Shown here one piece after another: positions 14,467-36,711 of a stretch of 64,000 nt of DNA (position 1 is the stretch's first letter; every line of letters begins with the position of its first letter). A program made the translations under genes and the position numbers. Below the pieces are notes generated by a model. The model saw only the letters and a list, made by a program, of their open reading frames with translations. It made no database searches and was not told the DNA's origin. The stretch lies in the NCBI RefSeq assembly GCF_009914755.1, contig NC_060925.1; one strand, 5' to 3'. Source of the stretch: the human T2T-CHM13v2.0 reference genome, Homo sapiens.

Positions 14467-16004
14467 TCATAATTCTGTGAGGTTGGTATTCATATTCCAG
14501 CTTTATAGGTTAAAGAAGAGTTATTGCTCAATTTCTCACTCATAATAGTAACAAACGCAGAGCTGAGTAATTCTTCCAACAGTAGTCTAAAGCTTTTAAT
14601 TGCTTCATTTTGGATATTTGCTTTCTGTTGAAACATTAATTGATGGGTTTAGCTGTCTTTAAGGTAAGACACATAGTATGGCTATCAATAATCTATAAAT
14701 GATAGTAAATTTTAGAGTCATATTGTGTATGTGTGTGTGTGTATGTTGATTACTTAGGATGTAATAAAAAAATTAACTTGCAGTTTGTACCTTCCTGCAT
14801 TCACGTCAGAAGCTTTCAAAGAAATTGAAGAGGTTTATTTTGGAGACTTACCTTCTCCATATTCCATAAAATCTTCATGTCTCTAGTTCAGAAATTTTTC
14901 ACCTTGTCTATTCTTAAATAATTATAAAAATCATATTACCCAGCAAATAAACTCACTGGTTTTAATTAACTAAAGAAATATTGACAATAATTTTAAAGGG
15001 CTTGTAAGATTTAATGTAAAGCTATTAAGGCATGGTTATAATGTCACAATCCATTACCATGAAATAGAAGGAAACGCTTTATTATATAAGCCACAATCTA
15101 TTTGTTCATCATTTATAAAGCAAAACTGAGTGAGCACCTCAGGGGGCATGAAAATAGGAATTTGGGATGGATTCAATTCATAGAACCTCTCCCACAATTA
15201 GATGTACCACAAGGTACTTCAGACATTTGTGTTTCTAAGGAAGCAAGCCAAGATGAGATGCTGGGAATAAGACAGCTTGAGGGTTTTCCGTATACTTCAC
15301 CACACTTACTAACATTTTTATTCATGATGTGTCTTCAAACTTTGGATTTCTAAACTCTATTACTTTACTATATATCTGATACCAAGCTCTCACTCAGGTA
15401 AGTCTGAAGACAACCCTAGGTCAAAACTCTGCCTACTTCTTTTTTGCCCCCAAGGATTTGTTTCCTTGAGTTTCTGTTTTAGACCTGTTAATATCCATTT
15501 TATGTCTAACTTAACTATGAAATGAAGTATACAGTCCCCAAAATAGGTAAACTACATCTTTTTGCATTTGTTTTGAGATCTTTTATTTTGGGAAATGGTC
15601 AAGGGAAAATGGCAATAACCCAGTTACTAGGATTTAATAAAGCATGCCCGGTTTCATAGTCAATATCCCTGATCCACAACTCCTACATTCATTCTTAGAT
15701 CATATTGGGAAGTCCTAATGGGATCCTGCTCCCCTTAAGAAGGTTGAAGCTCATCAAAGTACACTGTCCTTATCTTTATCAATTTTATGTACACTTTATC
15801 AATTTTATGTATTCATCATTTGTCAATACTCACTGAGTAAATAGTAATACATAGTTATTACTACCTTCTATGTGTTGGCATTTTTCTAGGGGCTGCTAGG
15901 AGGGAAAAACTCTTCAATGCCAAGATCCTCTTTCAGGTTATTTTTGGATAATTTAATTTTGCTTCATTTGGGGTTTCTAAAATGTTTGTGTGTTCACTAT
16001 GGAC

Positions 16005-16190
16005 AAAAACATTTTAACATTTTTGGATCTCATAGTCTTTAAAGAAAGATGAATGTTTTAATATTCGTCCTTAGAAAAGTGCACATTCACACGTACGCAA
16101 CCTTTGCATACAACATCAGGAGGTTCGTGGGCTTCCAAAGCCCATCCATGACACTTCAAAGAGCCATGTGTTTCAGGTTTAGACCCACTG
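16005..16190. mobile_element. hAT-type MITE (MER117-like)
   Basis: tttgcatacaacatcaggaggttcgtgg..aagcccatccatg..caggtttagacccactg. Confidence 0.45.
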
Positions 16191-16699
16191 ATGGACATTT
16201 ATGCATATCATTTTCTGAATCTCAAAGAAGAGTTCAGGACCAAAGGAGACAGGACAAGGGACAGTGAAGAAAGGCTTGCAATAAGAAGATGAGGGATAAT
16301 TTTATTTGAGCTTTTGATTCTGAGAACAGCACTGAGAGTAATTTGGCTACTGTACTAGTAACACAGAGCACATTTCTGTCATTGCAGAGAGTTTTATTAA
16401 ACAGTGTTAAACCCTAAGTAATTAACATCATTTGGAATTAATATAAACTTGCATTTCACAGACATGGAAAGCAGGAGGTGTCACATATAAACTTGTGAGG
16501 CAGAAGCTAGAGTATGCAACTCAAGGTTTAGGAAGTGTTAAAACCAGATGCGAAACGAGTTGACAATAATTGCTGTAAGGCCTGAAAATGTGTGGCTAAA
16601 AGTTCCAAAAGAACATGAAATGATTGCAATCTCTTTAAAGTTTCTCCACCACCTTAAAAATCCACCCATCTTTGAAATGTATGCCAGGTGACTCTACCA

Positions 16700-17310
16700 C
16701 ACATTCTTCCTGCTTTATGCTGTCATCTACTAATCATCTAAAGTCAAGGCATTCTACTCATTCTCTGAGGATTTTGACACCTGTGTACAGTTTCCTTTGC
16801 ATCCTGACTTTGGGATAACTCCAAAACTTACATGGAAGATCTATATAATATCCCAATTCTATATTACTTGCCCCCCCCCATGTACAATGATGCTTTGTAT
16901 TTTATTTCACTCAGTGACTCTGACAGCCGCTTTGTGAATCACTGATAGCTTTCCAAACTCCAAAATCACCAACTTCCTCCCTTAGTAATGCCACTTATCC
17001 TTCTACCTTGCCTGCTTAAATATCCTTCTGCAACTTTCAACATCTTTGAGGCTTCTAATTCATAAAATACTCCACTTTCTCTTTCTGCTGCTCCTAATCT
17101 GTCTTCACTTCCTTCATTCATTCTAGTCTATGGTATAACTTTTATAATATCCTACAAATACACTAAAAATCTTTGCTCTTCTTTTCTTTTCCACTTCAAC
17201 CAAACTTCCATCTTCTTCCTGCTTGCACCTGGGCAAAAACATTGCTGGAGAAAGTTACACAACTAGGTAGACTAGTTCTATTAAAAATTTATGGTCATGA
17301 ATATCAATTG
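16700..17310 (+). mobile_element. L2 ORF2-region relic
   Basis: Pyrimidine-rich decayed L2 body, e.g. ttgctggagaaagttacacaac..tttatggtca. Confidence 0.55.
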
Positions 17311-17456
17311 TATATTTCCTTCTGATTACATGACTTACCCATGAGGAATAAAACCAGGTTGTATGCAAAAGAGAATCAGTTGGATAAGTGTTAAGAAAAA
17401 AAGATGTTTTTCATTAATCATTGAAGATAAAGTTGCTAGATGAAATAGAGGATGTA

Positions 17457-17457
17457 C

Positions 17458-17482
<25 letters not shown>
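17457..17482. repeat. (TA)n microsatellite
   Basis: Read directly from the sequence. Confidence 0.95.
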
Positions 17483-17489
<7 letters not shown>

Positions 17490-18388
17490 TGGAAAATTAT
17501 TTATATATGTAAATAAATTGACAAAAGTACAAATTTCGTCGTTATTTAACTTCTCCTTATTCCACTTGTCTCATCTATAAAATAGGATTAATAATGTTAA
17601 CCATCTCACAATTGTCTCTAGAATTACACCTGGTATGTAACAACTGCTCAACAAAATGCAGCTATGATCAGTATCAAATTATTTTCCATGACAGGAGTTT
17701 TCATAGGGTTAGGTGGAAAAAGTACAAGGTTAGAGAAAAGGATTACCAAGGATGCAGAAACAGATACTAAGGGCACCAAAACTAAACTTTGCCTCATTTA
17801 TGGAATGTAGTGAACACTAAATATATTGCCCATGATAAGGAGTTTAGACTTGCTTACTGAAGTAGCCCACACATTAAAATAATAATAAGAAGAAATGGGT
17901 TGAAGATTATATTGTTGGCAGAAGTTTTATGTTGGACTAATCTTAGTTTGCACTTTCACATTGAGCATGAGTGGAAATTGGGAAGCTCATCTTATCTTCC
18001 AACACCATCATTCTAAGGGAACAAGCAGAAGGAGCATGTCTTCAGGTCTCAGAGGCACTTGCAAATCCCCACAGATATCTCTGCTTATGTTGAATTAGGG
18101 TACCCAGGAACTTCTTATCACTTAGAGAATGGGCCTGATTGCCAAAATAACATTCAGACTATCTTTAAAATATTTGATTATCTGTAGAGTAATTTTCTCC
18201 TCATTTAAAAAGCTTGAGTGTTTACTATCTTTAATGTCACCAAGTTGTTGTATTGTCATTTTGTTTTAAATAATTCAATCATTAAGGAAGAACTTTCTAT
18301 TAATTTTTTATTATAAAAATCATCAATGAGAAAGAATTGCCTATTAAAATGTTATTTTTCTTTTTTTTTCTCTTGTTTGTTTGTTAGT

Positions 18389-18680
<292 letters not shown>

Positions 18681-18947
18681 TAATTTTATTTTTCTATGAT
18701 AAAAATGATATAAAAACATTATAACATTTTAGGCATGTGAGAAAAATATTACACATAATCTTACCACTCTACCTCATGATTATTAGCATTTTGGTGTTCT
18801 TATCTCCATCTTTTGTCTTACATATTTTTAACCTAGCCATAACTAAGATAGACAGGAGTTTCGCATTCTGCTTATTTCTGAATATCTAAGCCTTTTTCTC
18901 CCACACAACAACATAACCCACTTAACCGTTTCTTTAAATGTTATTAT

Positions 18948-19454
18948 TGTGATGGCCAATTTTATGTGTCAATTTGGCTAAACTGTGGTGTCCAGTTGCT
19001 TGGTCAAACACTAATTTAGATGTTGTTGTGAAAGTTTTTAAAAGACGTGATTAAAATTCACAATCAGTTGACTTCAGGTAAAGCAAATTACCCTCCCTAA
19101 TGTGGATTGATCTTATCCAATCAGTTGAAACCCTTAAAAGTAAAGATCAAGATCTACTAAAGAAAAGGACATCCTGCCTCAACACTACAACATGGAAATC
19201 TAGTCCGAGTTTTTAGCCCACTGGCCTTCCCTATAGATTTTGGATTTAAGGCTGAGACATAAACACTTACCTGAATTTTCAACCTGCCAGCCTGCCCTAC
19301 AAATTTTAGAGTTGCCTGTCCACAAAATTGCATTGTTCAGTTCCCTAAAATAAATACCTCTCTCTCTCTTTCATGTTTATGTGTGTATATGTATGTATTT
19401 ATACTTGTATATATCCTATTGGTTCTATTTATGTGGAGAACTCTGACTGATACA
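18948..19454 (+). mobile_element. MLT2 (MLT2D-like) ERVL solo LTR with 5-bp TSD attat
   Basis: TG..CA termini (tgtgatgg..ctgactgataca), tatcctattggttct motif, attat on both flanks (18943-18947, 19455-19459). Confidence 0.9.
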
Positions 19455-19739
19455 ATTATATTCTATTGAGTTCTTAAGTTTATTGAACTGCTTTGCTATA
19501 GTTTTTCAAAATTATGCTACAAAAAATAATACATCAATAAATATATTTATATCCTTGTTCATATTGTGGATTACTCTATCTTAGCCTAGCTTCTTAGAAG
19601 TTGAATTATAAACATTAATAGTATGCCCACATTGTTGGCATACATATTTACTTCTGCCAACAATATAATCTTCAACTCATTGGTTACCATTTTTTAAATG
19701 GGAGCCAGTTCAATAAACAAATCCAAATCCCTTACCATG

Positions 19740-20010
19740 GGTTACACATTCAGTGCTTACTCCATGCCAGACTTTGTCTAGCTACAGGGAGCTTGCAAAA
19801 AGTGAAAAATAAAGAAACATAAAATTTAAAAGAAAGAAAATGTGAGAATGTAGCCCTCCAGGCAGAGGGAACAGAAAGTGCAAAGGGAAGTTCTTTAAGT
19901 AAAAACAAGTTTGGTTGAAGAAAGAAGGCCAGTGTGGCTGGTGCAGTGGAGGGAGTACAGGAGATTAGCCTGGATGGTAAGGCTTTGGTAAGATGTGTGG
20001 GTTTTACTTC
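19740..20010 (-). mobile_element. L2 fragment
   Basis: ccaggcagagggaacagaaagtgcaaagg..aagaaggccagtgtggctgg. Confidence 0.7.
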
Positions 20011-21096
20011 TTTTGGTAAGAAAGGGCTGGATCTCAGGGACTCTTCCTTCTTTCTTTCTTCTTCATCCCTTTCTTTCATCTCTACAACTTTCTCTTAAGA
20101 CATAAGGAAGGGCTTATGTCTTGATAATTTAACAGTGTGAGGCACAGCTTGAATGCCATTGACTTTTCTCCTCTTCCCAATTTCCACTGTACCACAAAAG
20201 AGATGACAGTATCTGTGGGCTGCTTTAGGGACGGATGAAGAGTTAGTTTGGGTACTTTGGAGAGGACTAGAGGATGAAGGTCAAAATGATGGTGGAGGTG
20301 GTGTTCTATGACATGAAGGTAATTTTCTCCCGGAGGTTTCCAAAACACTTTTCACAACCTGCAATGATGAATTTCCTTTCCATCAATTCCCATTCAGCCC
20401 TTATAAGAGGTATATATTCCCTCTATTAACATAATATTGAACCTTTTAAAAAATAAACTAGTGATTCTTGCCTTTTGATACTGAGAGTCACATCCCTTCT
20501 TTAAGCTATATTGCTGAACTTTCTGTATTAACTGACAGTAAATGATATAATTCACTTCTTTTTTCTTTCTTTTCTCTATGTCTAATTAGTAACCTTCACT
20601 CAGGTAAGAGGAATGGTTGACAATGAAAATACTGGATGTCTTCTTATACATGACCTAGAACTTCTTGCCTCTGCATAGAGCACAAAATGTTGTCTGCATA
20701 TTGCAAATAAGAGAAACACCATGAAGGCTATTTGGTGGCCCAAATTTATGCTTGCTAAAGTGAGCAAAAGTTTGCTTGGCATGCACCTATAGAAAGAAGG
20801 GGAGTGAACACTTTCCCTGCCTATTCTTGATGCAGAAGCTAGACCAAACTGTAAGCCAGACTTTATGAGCTGTAACTCTACTAGCACAAAGAAGAAATGA
20901 GGAGAGAAAGAGCTGGGACTTTCCAGTTCTCTTCCCACTCCAGGCCAGCAAGATGATCACTGAAGTTATCACACATATTTTTAAATATATATATTTCCTT
21001 CCGTTTGGACTGAACCTAGAGATTCAGACATTTTTCCCTAAGAAATCTTAGGCAGAACACACTTCAATGCCTACTTAACTGTAATCCAATATTCAA

Positions 21097-21552
21097 TGTT
21101 GCAGAAATTATTAGTTGTTCACCAAAATCTATTTGTTGGTTCATTTTAAAATAATATTCCTAAGTTTTAAATGGGTCCATGATTACTTGACCAAAGATTT
21201 ATTTCCTAGCCTCCCTTGAAGCTAGGTATGGCCCATAGGAATAGGTTTTGTCAGATGTGATGTCAGCAGAACTAATGGGGGTCACTTTTTGGTTGTATCC
21301 TTAAAGAGAATAAGCAAGTTGGCCTCATTCTTTCCTTCCCTCCAGCTGGGACACAGATCAGCTGATGAGAGCTATAGAAGCCAACTTTGACCCAGGGATG
21401 AAATTCACGCGTTGAGGATGGTAAATTTGTCCTGCTAGCACTGGACTGCCTACCTCTGGACTTTTATATGACAGAGTTAAATTTTAACCTTATTTCAGGC
21501 ACTCTATTTGTAAGTCCCCTTTTAAAAAACAGGTTATACTCTAACTAATACA
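21097..21552 (+). mobile_element. MLT1J-like MaLR 5' LTR
   Basis: tgttgcagaa..tttcctagcctcccttgaagctaggtatggcc..ctgcctacctctggac..taactaataca. Confidence 0.78.
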
Positions 21553-22687
21553 TAAGATAGTGCTGGAAATGGGGAACTCTCATTGCAAAAACCTAAAATA
21601 TGAGGCATTGGTTAGGCGATTAGGCAGAAGGCAGTGAAAACACAAGTATTGTGGCTGAAAAGATACACAGGAATTATGATCCTTATTACATCAGAGCAAA
21701 ATATTTGTTGAAAGTGACAGCTGTGAAGCCTTGGAAGTGTGACCATGTTCTCACTGATCACTTTTCCTTTAGTTCCAGGAGAAGTGACTGGAAAATATCA
21801 GAGTTTATTAGCTGCCTTGTCATTCTTATCAAAGTTCTTCTAGAGAAAACTCAGGCAAGAATCAGCCATTCTCCAAGGAAACAGAGAAAGGGATATAGCT
21901 CTGTTAATGGAAGGTCTCTCTTTCTGGGGCCAGAAATGTAAATATACTGAGATGGCAGCTATGAAATTGCTTCTTTCCCATCAAATTAAGGCAAAGACTG
22001 TGCCTTTCTCAAGTGCCTCCCACAAGTCTTTTCTGGGAGACAAAGGAAGCCAGCCCAGAGAGGCACACATCAGATGAAGGGTGTTGCCTTTCCACCCAAG
22101 CTTGTTGTCTCTGATGGCCTCAAGACAGCCACGACTGAGTAGAGGAAGGGACAGCCTGCACACAAAGACCAGTGAATAACAGAAGAGTCATCAGGCTTAA
22201 GAATACTAAGAAGCACTTTGACTATGATTATTTGTATGTCCCTGTTTTATGTACAGTAAAACAGGTGGATGCTAATATGCTAAAAGCTTATGAAGGTTTT
22301 GAAGGTATTACAACACCGAAAGAAAAAACACATAAACATTGTTTACAAAGGTCTATGTTCAACTCTAAAGCAGCCCATGGACTTTCAAACCCATATCACT
22401 AGGAAATGAGCTGTGAAATCTGTGCAGCCTCTGAAGCAGGTGTATTATTCAATGTCCACTCCAGACATGGCTGTGGAGGACAGCAGATAAGAAAGTCCCC
22501 CAGGTTGTAGAGAAGGGTCTACACAAGCCACCTTTTCCAAAGCCAGTCCAGGAGTTTTCATAGTTTCTATTTAGCAGATTCAGTATTTGTTATAGTCTGG
22601 TGAATGATGTCTGTTCCTATTCTTTCTTGTTTAGAAGAGTTCATAATTTGGCTTTTCTATTTCTATTCCACCATTATATATTATATA
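21553..22687 (+). mobile_element. MLT1 internal region, 5' part (resumes at ~38024-38231)
   Basis: Follows the LTR directly: tggaaatgggg..aaaacctaaaatatgaggcattgg. The 3' internal motif ttgagttgaatgcagg..gatctttgg is at ~38160. Confidence 0.62.
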
Positions 22688-22709
22688 TGACAGAAGACAA
22701 ATTTATGGG

Positions 22710-29459
<6,750 letters not shown>

Positions 29460-29529
29460 CAAATTTAGTTTTAAAATATTAATTGGCTTCATTTGTGATT
29501 CTAAAATTGGGCAGCACTTTATTCCATAA

Positions 29530-29954
<425 letters not shown>

Positions 29955-30898
29955 GCTCTTTTATATATTTTTAGTAGTGAAACATTGTGTAAACAACATA
30001 TAAATAGAATAGACATATTAGATATACTGATAGAACTATATCTTATACTAACAGATTCCTAAGACCTCCTTTTCCTCCTCCATCTTAGGCTTGCAAACTC
30101 TTGATAACCTGTTTCATTACCCTGGCAGTTGTTAGCTAAATAGTCCTAAATCTGCATATTGAAGGAAACAACTCTTAGATGAAAAATTAGATAGCAAAAT
30201 TTACATCCCAAGTTACAAAGAGAAAAAGTCTGGCGGTGCTAGAGGGAGATTAAAGACGGATGACAAATCAAACATAAAATTATAGAAATCTATCATAGGA
30301 TTGTATGAGGAGAACAATTTTATTTAGATTTGGACTACCTATCTTTTAACTAGATCTCTGAGCTCTGGGCAGTGCCCACACTGAATCCTGGGTCTCCAAA
30401 AAAGGGAGAATTATTATGAGGTTAGACCACGTGATGCTTTTACAATACACTTAGATGCTGGTTGTTAATCTACTTTTAGCCAAGTTAAAAGTAACCAATT
30501 CAGTTACTTACCTAGGGATGGGTCTCAGGCTGAAGACTGCTCTCTATCATCCTAGAAGCAGGAAAAAATTCAAATTCGTCCTCCTTGTTAGAAGCAATCT
30601 CAAATTCCATAAAGGAGTTACCTGCCTTCCATCATCACGAGAGCAGGAAAAACTGCCTTCCTTGTATTGGAAGCAAGCAAAACTCCAAAAAAGAAAAGGA
30701 GTTGTACACAAAATTAACTTTAGATCTTGGCCAAATTTGGTGAGATCAGAGGTTCTCTGGAGGGGGCACTTCAAGGCCTCAGCCAATTGTCCTATTGATT
30801 TGAGCCATAAAGATAGCTCAAGCTGGTAACAAGCACCAATGGGAGATTTGCCAAAGGTCAGGTCACTTCCACTCAGAATACCTCCATAGTTACCAGAA
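29955..30898 (-). mobile_element. Truncated second MER4-int unit (5' internal part, ~1.1 kb internal deletion near 30454)
   Basis: Colinear with 35428-35897 plus 36980-37408; abuts the LTR via the PBS (gttaccagaa|tgtaaa). Confidence 0.88.
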
Positions 30899-33800
30899 TG
30901 TAAACCCCCCCGCCCCAACAGCAATCTGAGACAGGTGTTAGTAAATTTAAAAAGTTTATTTTGCCAAAGTTGAGGACACACACCCATGACACAGCCTCAG
31001 GTGGTCCTGATGATATATGCCCAGTGTGGTTGGGGCACAACTTGGTTTTATACATGTTAGAGAGACATGAGACTTCAATCAACATATGTAAAATGTGCAT
31101 TGGTTCTGTCTAGAAAAGCAGGACAACTCAAGCATTGATGGGGCTTCCAAGTCACAGGTAGGTGAGAGATAAATGGTTGCATTGTTTTGAGTTTCTGATT
31201 AGCCTCTCCAAAGGAGGCAATCAGTTATGCATTTAGCTGGATGAGCAGAGCAATTACTTTGAATAGAATGGGAGGCAGATTTGCCCTAAGCAGTTCCCAG
31301 CTTGACTCTTCCCTTCAGCTTTGTAATTTTGGGACCCCAACATTTATTTTCCTTTCACATTTCCCCTGTTTTCTTTTTAAAATCTTTTGGAGAAAACATT
31401 ATAGAAGAAAATGAGCCTCTGGTCTCAGGTTTCATCTGATCTCTCATGGCTAGAATAGTTTACTCCTAGATGGGTAGGTCCCAAATCATTAGGAAAGCTC
31501 ATTTTTAGCAGGTTGAGAAGTCTTATGTCCTATGAAGACAAAAAACGGGGAGAAAGGGAGAAAAACAACAACAAACAAAAGGAATAATCCTGGAAAATTG
31601 ATATAGGCCACATTACCCTGATCCCATACATCAATAGACAGATATGAAAGTGGCTTATGTATGTAAATAGATTGCTGTTATTTTCCTCTGAATTTTAAGT
31701 TGTCTAGATTTAGTTCACAAGGCTTCAAGAAAGTGCAGCTTAGTTTTCAGTGATTTCAAGTTAGGAAAAAGTGGAGGGAAAGGAAAAGAAAGAAGGAAAA
31801 AATTGAAAACATTATTTTCGAGACTTGGAAAAGTAAGAATTTAGTCCAAACTGTTGAATATAATAAATATTGAAAAACATTAAGCAAGACTAGAATGTAA
31901 CAACAGGTATACTATAGTTTTTGAAACATATGTTTGTTTCTCCAGTTTTTCATTTTTACCAAAAGCAAATCATGGGAGTACCAATTTGCTTTATTATACT
32001 TGGCCAGATTATTTATATAAAGTGTCACAGAAATAATTACTTTTTACATAGGCTTATAAAATTGTCTTTGATGGAAATTTGTTCCATAGATGGAATCTCA
32101 GATAAGACTTTTTTTAAAGCCAAACCCTTCCATGGATTTGTATCCTTAAATACCTGTGAGTTGGGTGAATTCTTCTCCTCTTAAGGTTCCAAGATAACTT
32201 GGGGCTCCTGGACCTGTCAGAACGTGACAGGTCAGGAACCCTGTACAGAGACTGTGTAGACAAATGTATGAGGCCAGTTTTCCCAAGGGGTTTTATTGGC
32301 TCCATAAGTCAAGTTTGATTCCTTAAAGAAAAGCACACCGCTCCAGTCAAAGCCTTGGTAAAATAACCAATTTCTCCAATTGTGCCCTGTTATAAATGAA
32401 CACTTGCACTTGTTGTTGCTCTTATGCAAATAACTGTATTGCTATAAGTTAAGAATACTCATAAATATCTCCAAATCTGGAGAAATCAGGTAGAGAGAAA
32501 CAAATATGCTCCAAATTTTGTTCATAGGATTATACCTAATTGTTAAAAACTGTCAATAGCTTAAAAGAAAGCTTTTTTTGACTGAAAAACAAAACAAAGG
32601 ATCAGCAATGTTTTAAGCAAAAAGTCAAAAAAATTACTTCAGTCTTTTATTAGTTTAGTCCATGCAGTTAATTCTTGTTCTGTTTGATATTCGTGAACAT
32701 TTCAGCTCTCCATGAGTCTTGGAAATTTTTGTTCTATCCTGATGTCACAGTCTCCAAAGTGATGAGAAACCTGCATTCAAAAGCACCTGTTAGAGTTTTA
32801 TAGCTGATTATAAAACCAATTTCTGAAGAGGGCCAGCACAAGACAACAATTGCCTGTTGATGACAAAAAGTCTTAGGGCAGCCATAGAAAGGCACAGTTG
32901 ACAAGGAAATGTGTTACCTCTGTGGAACTCAATAATTTAACATAGCAATTGTTAATTATTACTGACAAAGTACACTAAGTCATATTAGAATTACAAGAGT
33001 TTCCCATTCCTTTGGATCACATACCAATAACGTATTTATACAAATACAGCCCAAAGAAAACCAAATATCATTTTATATTTGACAATGCTTTCTGTATGAT
33101 TTTTATACCAAATAAGGCAAATATGTCATTTTTGGACTTTAGAGAACCTAATATTTTAAAGGATTAATTAGGTCAGAAAAAGACATAATTTATAATTTAA
33201 TTTTGAAGAATTTGTCAAATATCAAAGGTTTAAACACTTGATATCACAACATAGGATCACAGGTCATTGTAAAATAAGTCATTTATTTAAGCAAGTGATA
33301 ACTCAAGGATTTCCAAAAAAGGAGAAAACTTTCATTCTTTGAGAGGAGATTTAATTTTTCAAGCAATAAGCCCTAACAAAAACAGCATGCAGCCAAATTA
33401 ATTTGTTTTCCAAAATTTTATAAACAACCTATAAAATTTTAATGTTGATTATAAGATATAGCATTCATAAACTTTTATAACCTTTATTAAAGAATTGGTT
33501 AATGCTTTAAGAAAACCTTGGTAGTCTGACACAGGGGCCCATATGCTGGTCTTCCATCAGTGTGTCTTTGACATTAATGATCAACTTATAGAGAAACTGA
33601 ACTTATTTTCTCTCTCAAAATTGGCCCTTACAATCTAACATGCCCACATTTTCTGTGGTAGTTCCTGGGCATTCAGGAGTTGAAGAGCTTTGATTTTTGG
33701 CCCTGTGTTTCAGGAATGCAGTTTATTTTGATTGGCATTTTCTACCAGGCCTGAAGATGGGGCTTTAGTTGCTGTCAGTGTTTAAAATTTACCAGGACTT

Positions 33801-36676
33801 GGTGTGCTTTTTAGACCCAGGAGTCAAAGCTCTGTAACTCAATGTCCCAAGGACTTCAAAAGCACATACCGAAAGATACACTGATGTAATAACCTTAAAA
33901 AAATTCATCTCAGCTTTTTTCTAAGCAAACCAAAACTTAATAATAATGGCACAGGAATTATTTTGATGAAACATAAAATCTGTTAGACAAGTTACCAAAA
34001 GGAAAAAGACCTTCATTGCACAGAATATTATGTTGGAAGAAAACATTTCCTTTAGACCTTTAAGAAAACATTCTTAAAAAATAAATTAAAATCTCATAAT
34101 TTAATAGGAATAAATCAATCCCTTAATAAAATTTTATTTTTCTACTCAATTTTTTAGTGTATAAGTGTTTTTTCTACATCAAGCCCAATCTCTAGATAGG
34201 TCATTATAATTTTACTTTATAGACAACTTGATTATATAAAAGTTGTTTTTTTCTTAATTAATCCTCTTATTCTCACTTACACAGGCCATTCATGACATGT
34301 GTGGACTTTCTGGTTTGTCCTGAACATGCCTCTTTCTTAAATAACCAGTCATTTTATTCCAGGACTTAATTTATCATACAAGATTCTTTCTCATGTAAAA
34401 TTATTTCTCTTTAAGCTTTCTTACCAAGAAATACCTCTCTATTTCTATAACTTACTTTATGTCTCTCTTATTTCCTGATTTGCTTTGTTTTATACAAACC
34501 TTTAAATAAGCTTTGAATTAGACAAAAATTATTCACCCATTTTATAAAGGACACATTTTGTTTTTTAAAAAGGAAGTTTTCCTACAATACATTGTATTGG
34601 AAAATACTCAAATAGTATTTTATTGAAAAATACCCAAATAGTAAAATGAAATATCTATTATTTAATTTAATTTAATTTAATTTAATATGACTTAATTATG
34701 ACATTTGTCTACAAGTATTTAACCCGTTACCTTTACCTAATTATTTTATTTTAATTGTTTCCTTGTTTATTTATAAAACTGCAATAGTCATCATTTAAAG
34801 TTGTGAAACTCACCATTGCAAAATTATTAACTGAGACAGTGAAAAATATATGACCTAACAGCTCTATCTTGCTTCTAACCTCCAAGCTGTCCTTGTTCAT
34901 TCCTGGGTGTAGGCTGAACTAACTTTGGGAGGACTTTAGTTTATAGTTTAGCTTTGAAAAAAGATAACAGTCTTTTCCCAAAACAAAACTCCTTACCGCC
35001 TGTGGAGTAGACTGCCAAAAGCCTCAAGATTAGAAGTTATGGTAATTTTATCAAATAATTCAAGATGTAGCTGTTTTCATTAAACCAGTATCAATGTCTT
35101 ACTTATTAAAAATTACACCAGCAAAGATCATTGTGTTTTGGGCTAGGTATATAGTTTTGTAACCCCTATGCCAAATTTTGACAGCTTATAGTATTTGGGA
35201 AGGATAAGTATGAAATTACTTGATCAATAAATGCAAACAAAAATGTATTCTGGCAATTCTTAAGACATTTCTAGTATTACTTTACCAACAATTTTGAAGC
35301 TAGCTTATTTATTAAAGATTTTACCTAAATCATGTAAACTTGAAAAAGCATTTGACTAATCTTTCCTTTTTTCTGATAAAGTATTTGATTTAAGTGCATT
35401 TATTTTTCTTTAACCCAATTAATTAGAGCTCTTTTATATATTTTTAGTAGTGAGACATTGTGTACACAACACATAAATACATAGACATATTAGGCATACT
35501 GACAGAAGTATGTCTTATATTAATAAATTCCTAAGACCTTCTTTCCTTTTATCTTAGACTTGCAAACTCTTGATAACCTGTTTCATTACCCTGGCTGTTG
35601 TCAGCTAAATAGTTCTAAATCTGCATGGATGAAAATTAGATAACAAAGTTTACATCCCAAGGTACAGAGAGAAAAAGTCTGGTGGGGCTAGAGGGAGATT
35701 AAAGATGGATGCCAAATCAAACATAAAATTATAGAAATCTATTATAAAATTGTATGAGAACAATTTTATTTAGACTGTGACTACCTATTTTTTAACTGGA
35801 TCTCTGAGCTCTGGGCAATGCCCACACTGAATCCTGGGTGTCCAAAAAGGGAGAATTATTATGAGTTTAGACTACATGATGCTTTTACAGAATACTTAAA
35901 AACAATGTATTTTTTTTTAAAGGCATTTGTAAGCATCTAAACTACACTCTTCCAAACCCAAGAGTAGCCTCTGTTGCAGTTACTATTTTAAACAATAAAT
36001 CAAGTAACACAATACAAAAGCAAGCAGTTTAAGAGCTGAGATGAACTTGTCTGTTTACACTTTTGGGGTTCCATGCAGAAAATCAGGTTTCTCCCCCAAA
36101 GAGAGTCTGATGCCCTCTCCATTTTCTTTAAGGAACCCCAGGCTATTATAAGCTACTTTAGGTTTCTCATGCTGTAGAAGGTGCAAGAGAAAGGAGAGAA
36201 AGCAGACATAAATGAAGAAAACAGAATTCAGTCAACTGACAAGAAAAAAACTTTGCTCAAAAAAAAAAAAAAGACAAGGTCTTAGGAGAAAAAAACAAAA
36301 ACAAAAACATGAAAGCTTTTTAAATACACACACACATGCACACACACACACACACACACATCTTGGACATTAGCTTTAATTAAGATGACTTTTAACTGTT
36401 GATTTCCTTTTAAAAAATCTTTCCAAATCTCATTACCATATTTCAGCTAGTACAGATTGCTGCTATTTCAGAAGTACCAAGTATCAAATCAGAAAGGGCT
36501 TCATTTAGGATCCAAACCCAGTTTTTTCTGGTGGAAAAAAAAAGGCAAAACCCTTAGCTATGAAACTGCAATGTGGGGTGACAGCCATTGCTCTTTCAAT
36601 TTGGCATGGATAGCAAAAAGGTGGCCTTGTTATGTAAATAAAATCCCTTAAGTAGCCAAAATCAGAAGGCTTTCCT

Positions 36677-36711
<35 letters not shown>

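Noticed and set aside
20097-20122. Perfect 10-bp hairpin aagacataag-gaaggg-cttatgtctt
   Set aside because: Roughly one such stem is expected by chance in 64 kb of AT-rich DNA; too short for a pre-miRNA.
30455-30987. Overlapping 124-aa and 146-aa ORFs with paralogous ORFs at 23245-23581
   Set aside because: They lie in the MER4 LTR/leader region, show no gag, pro or pol motifs, and the frames are not preserved between copies. The similarity only reflects repeat homology.
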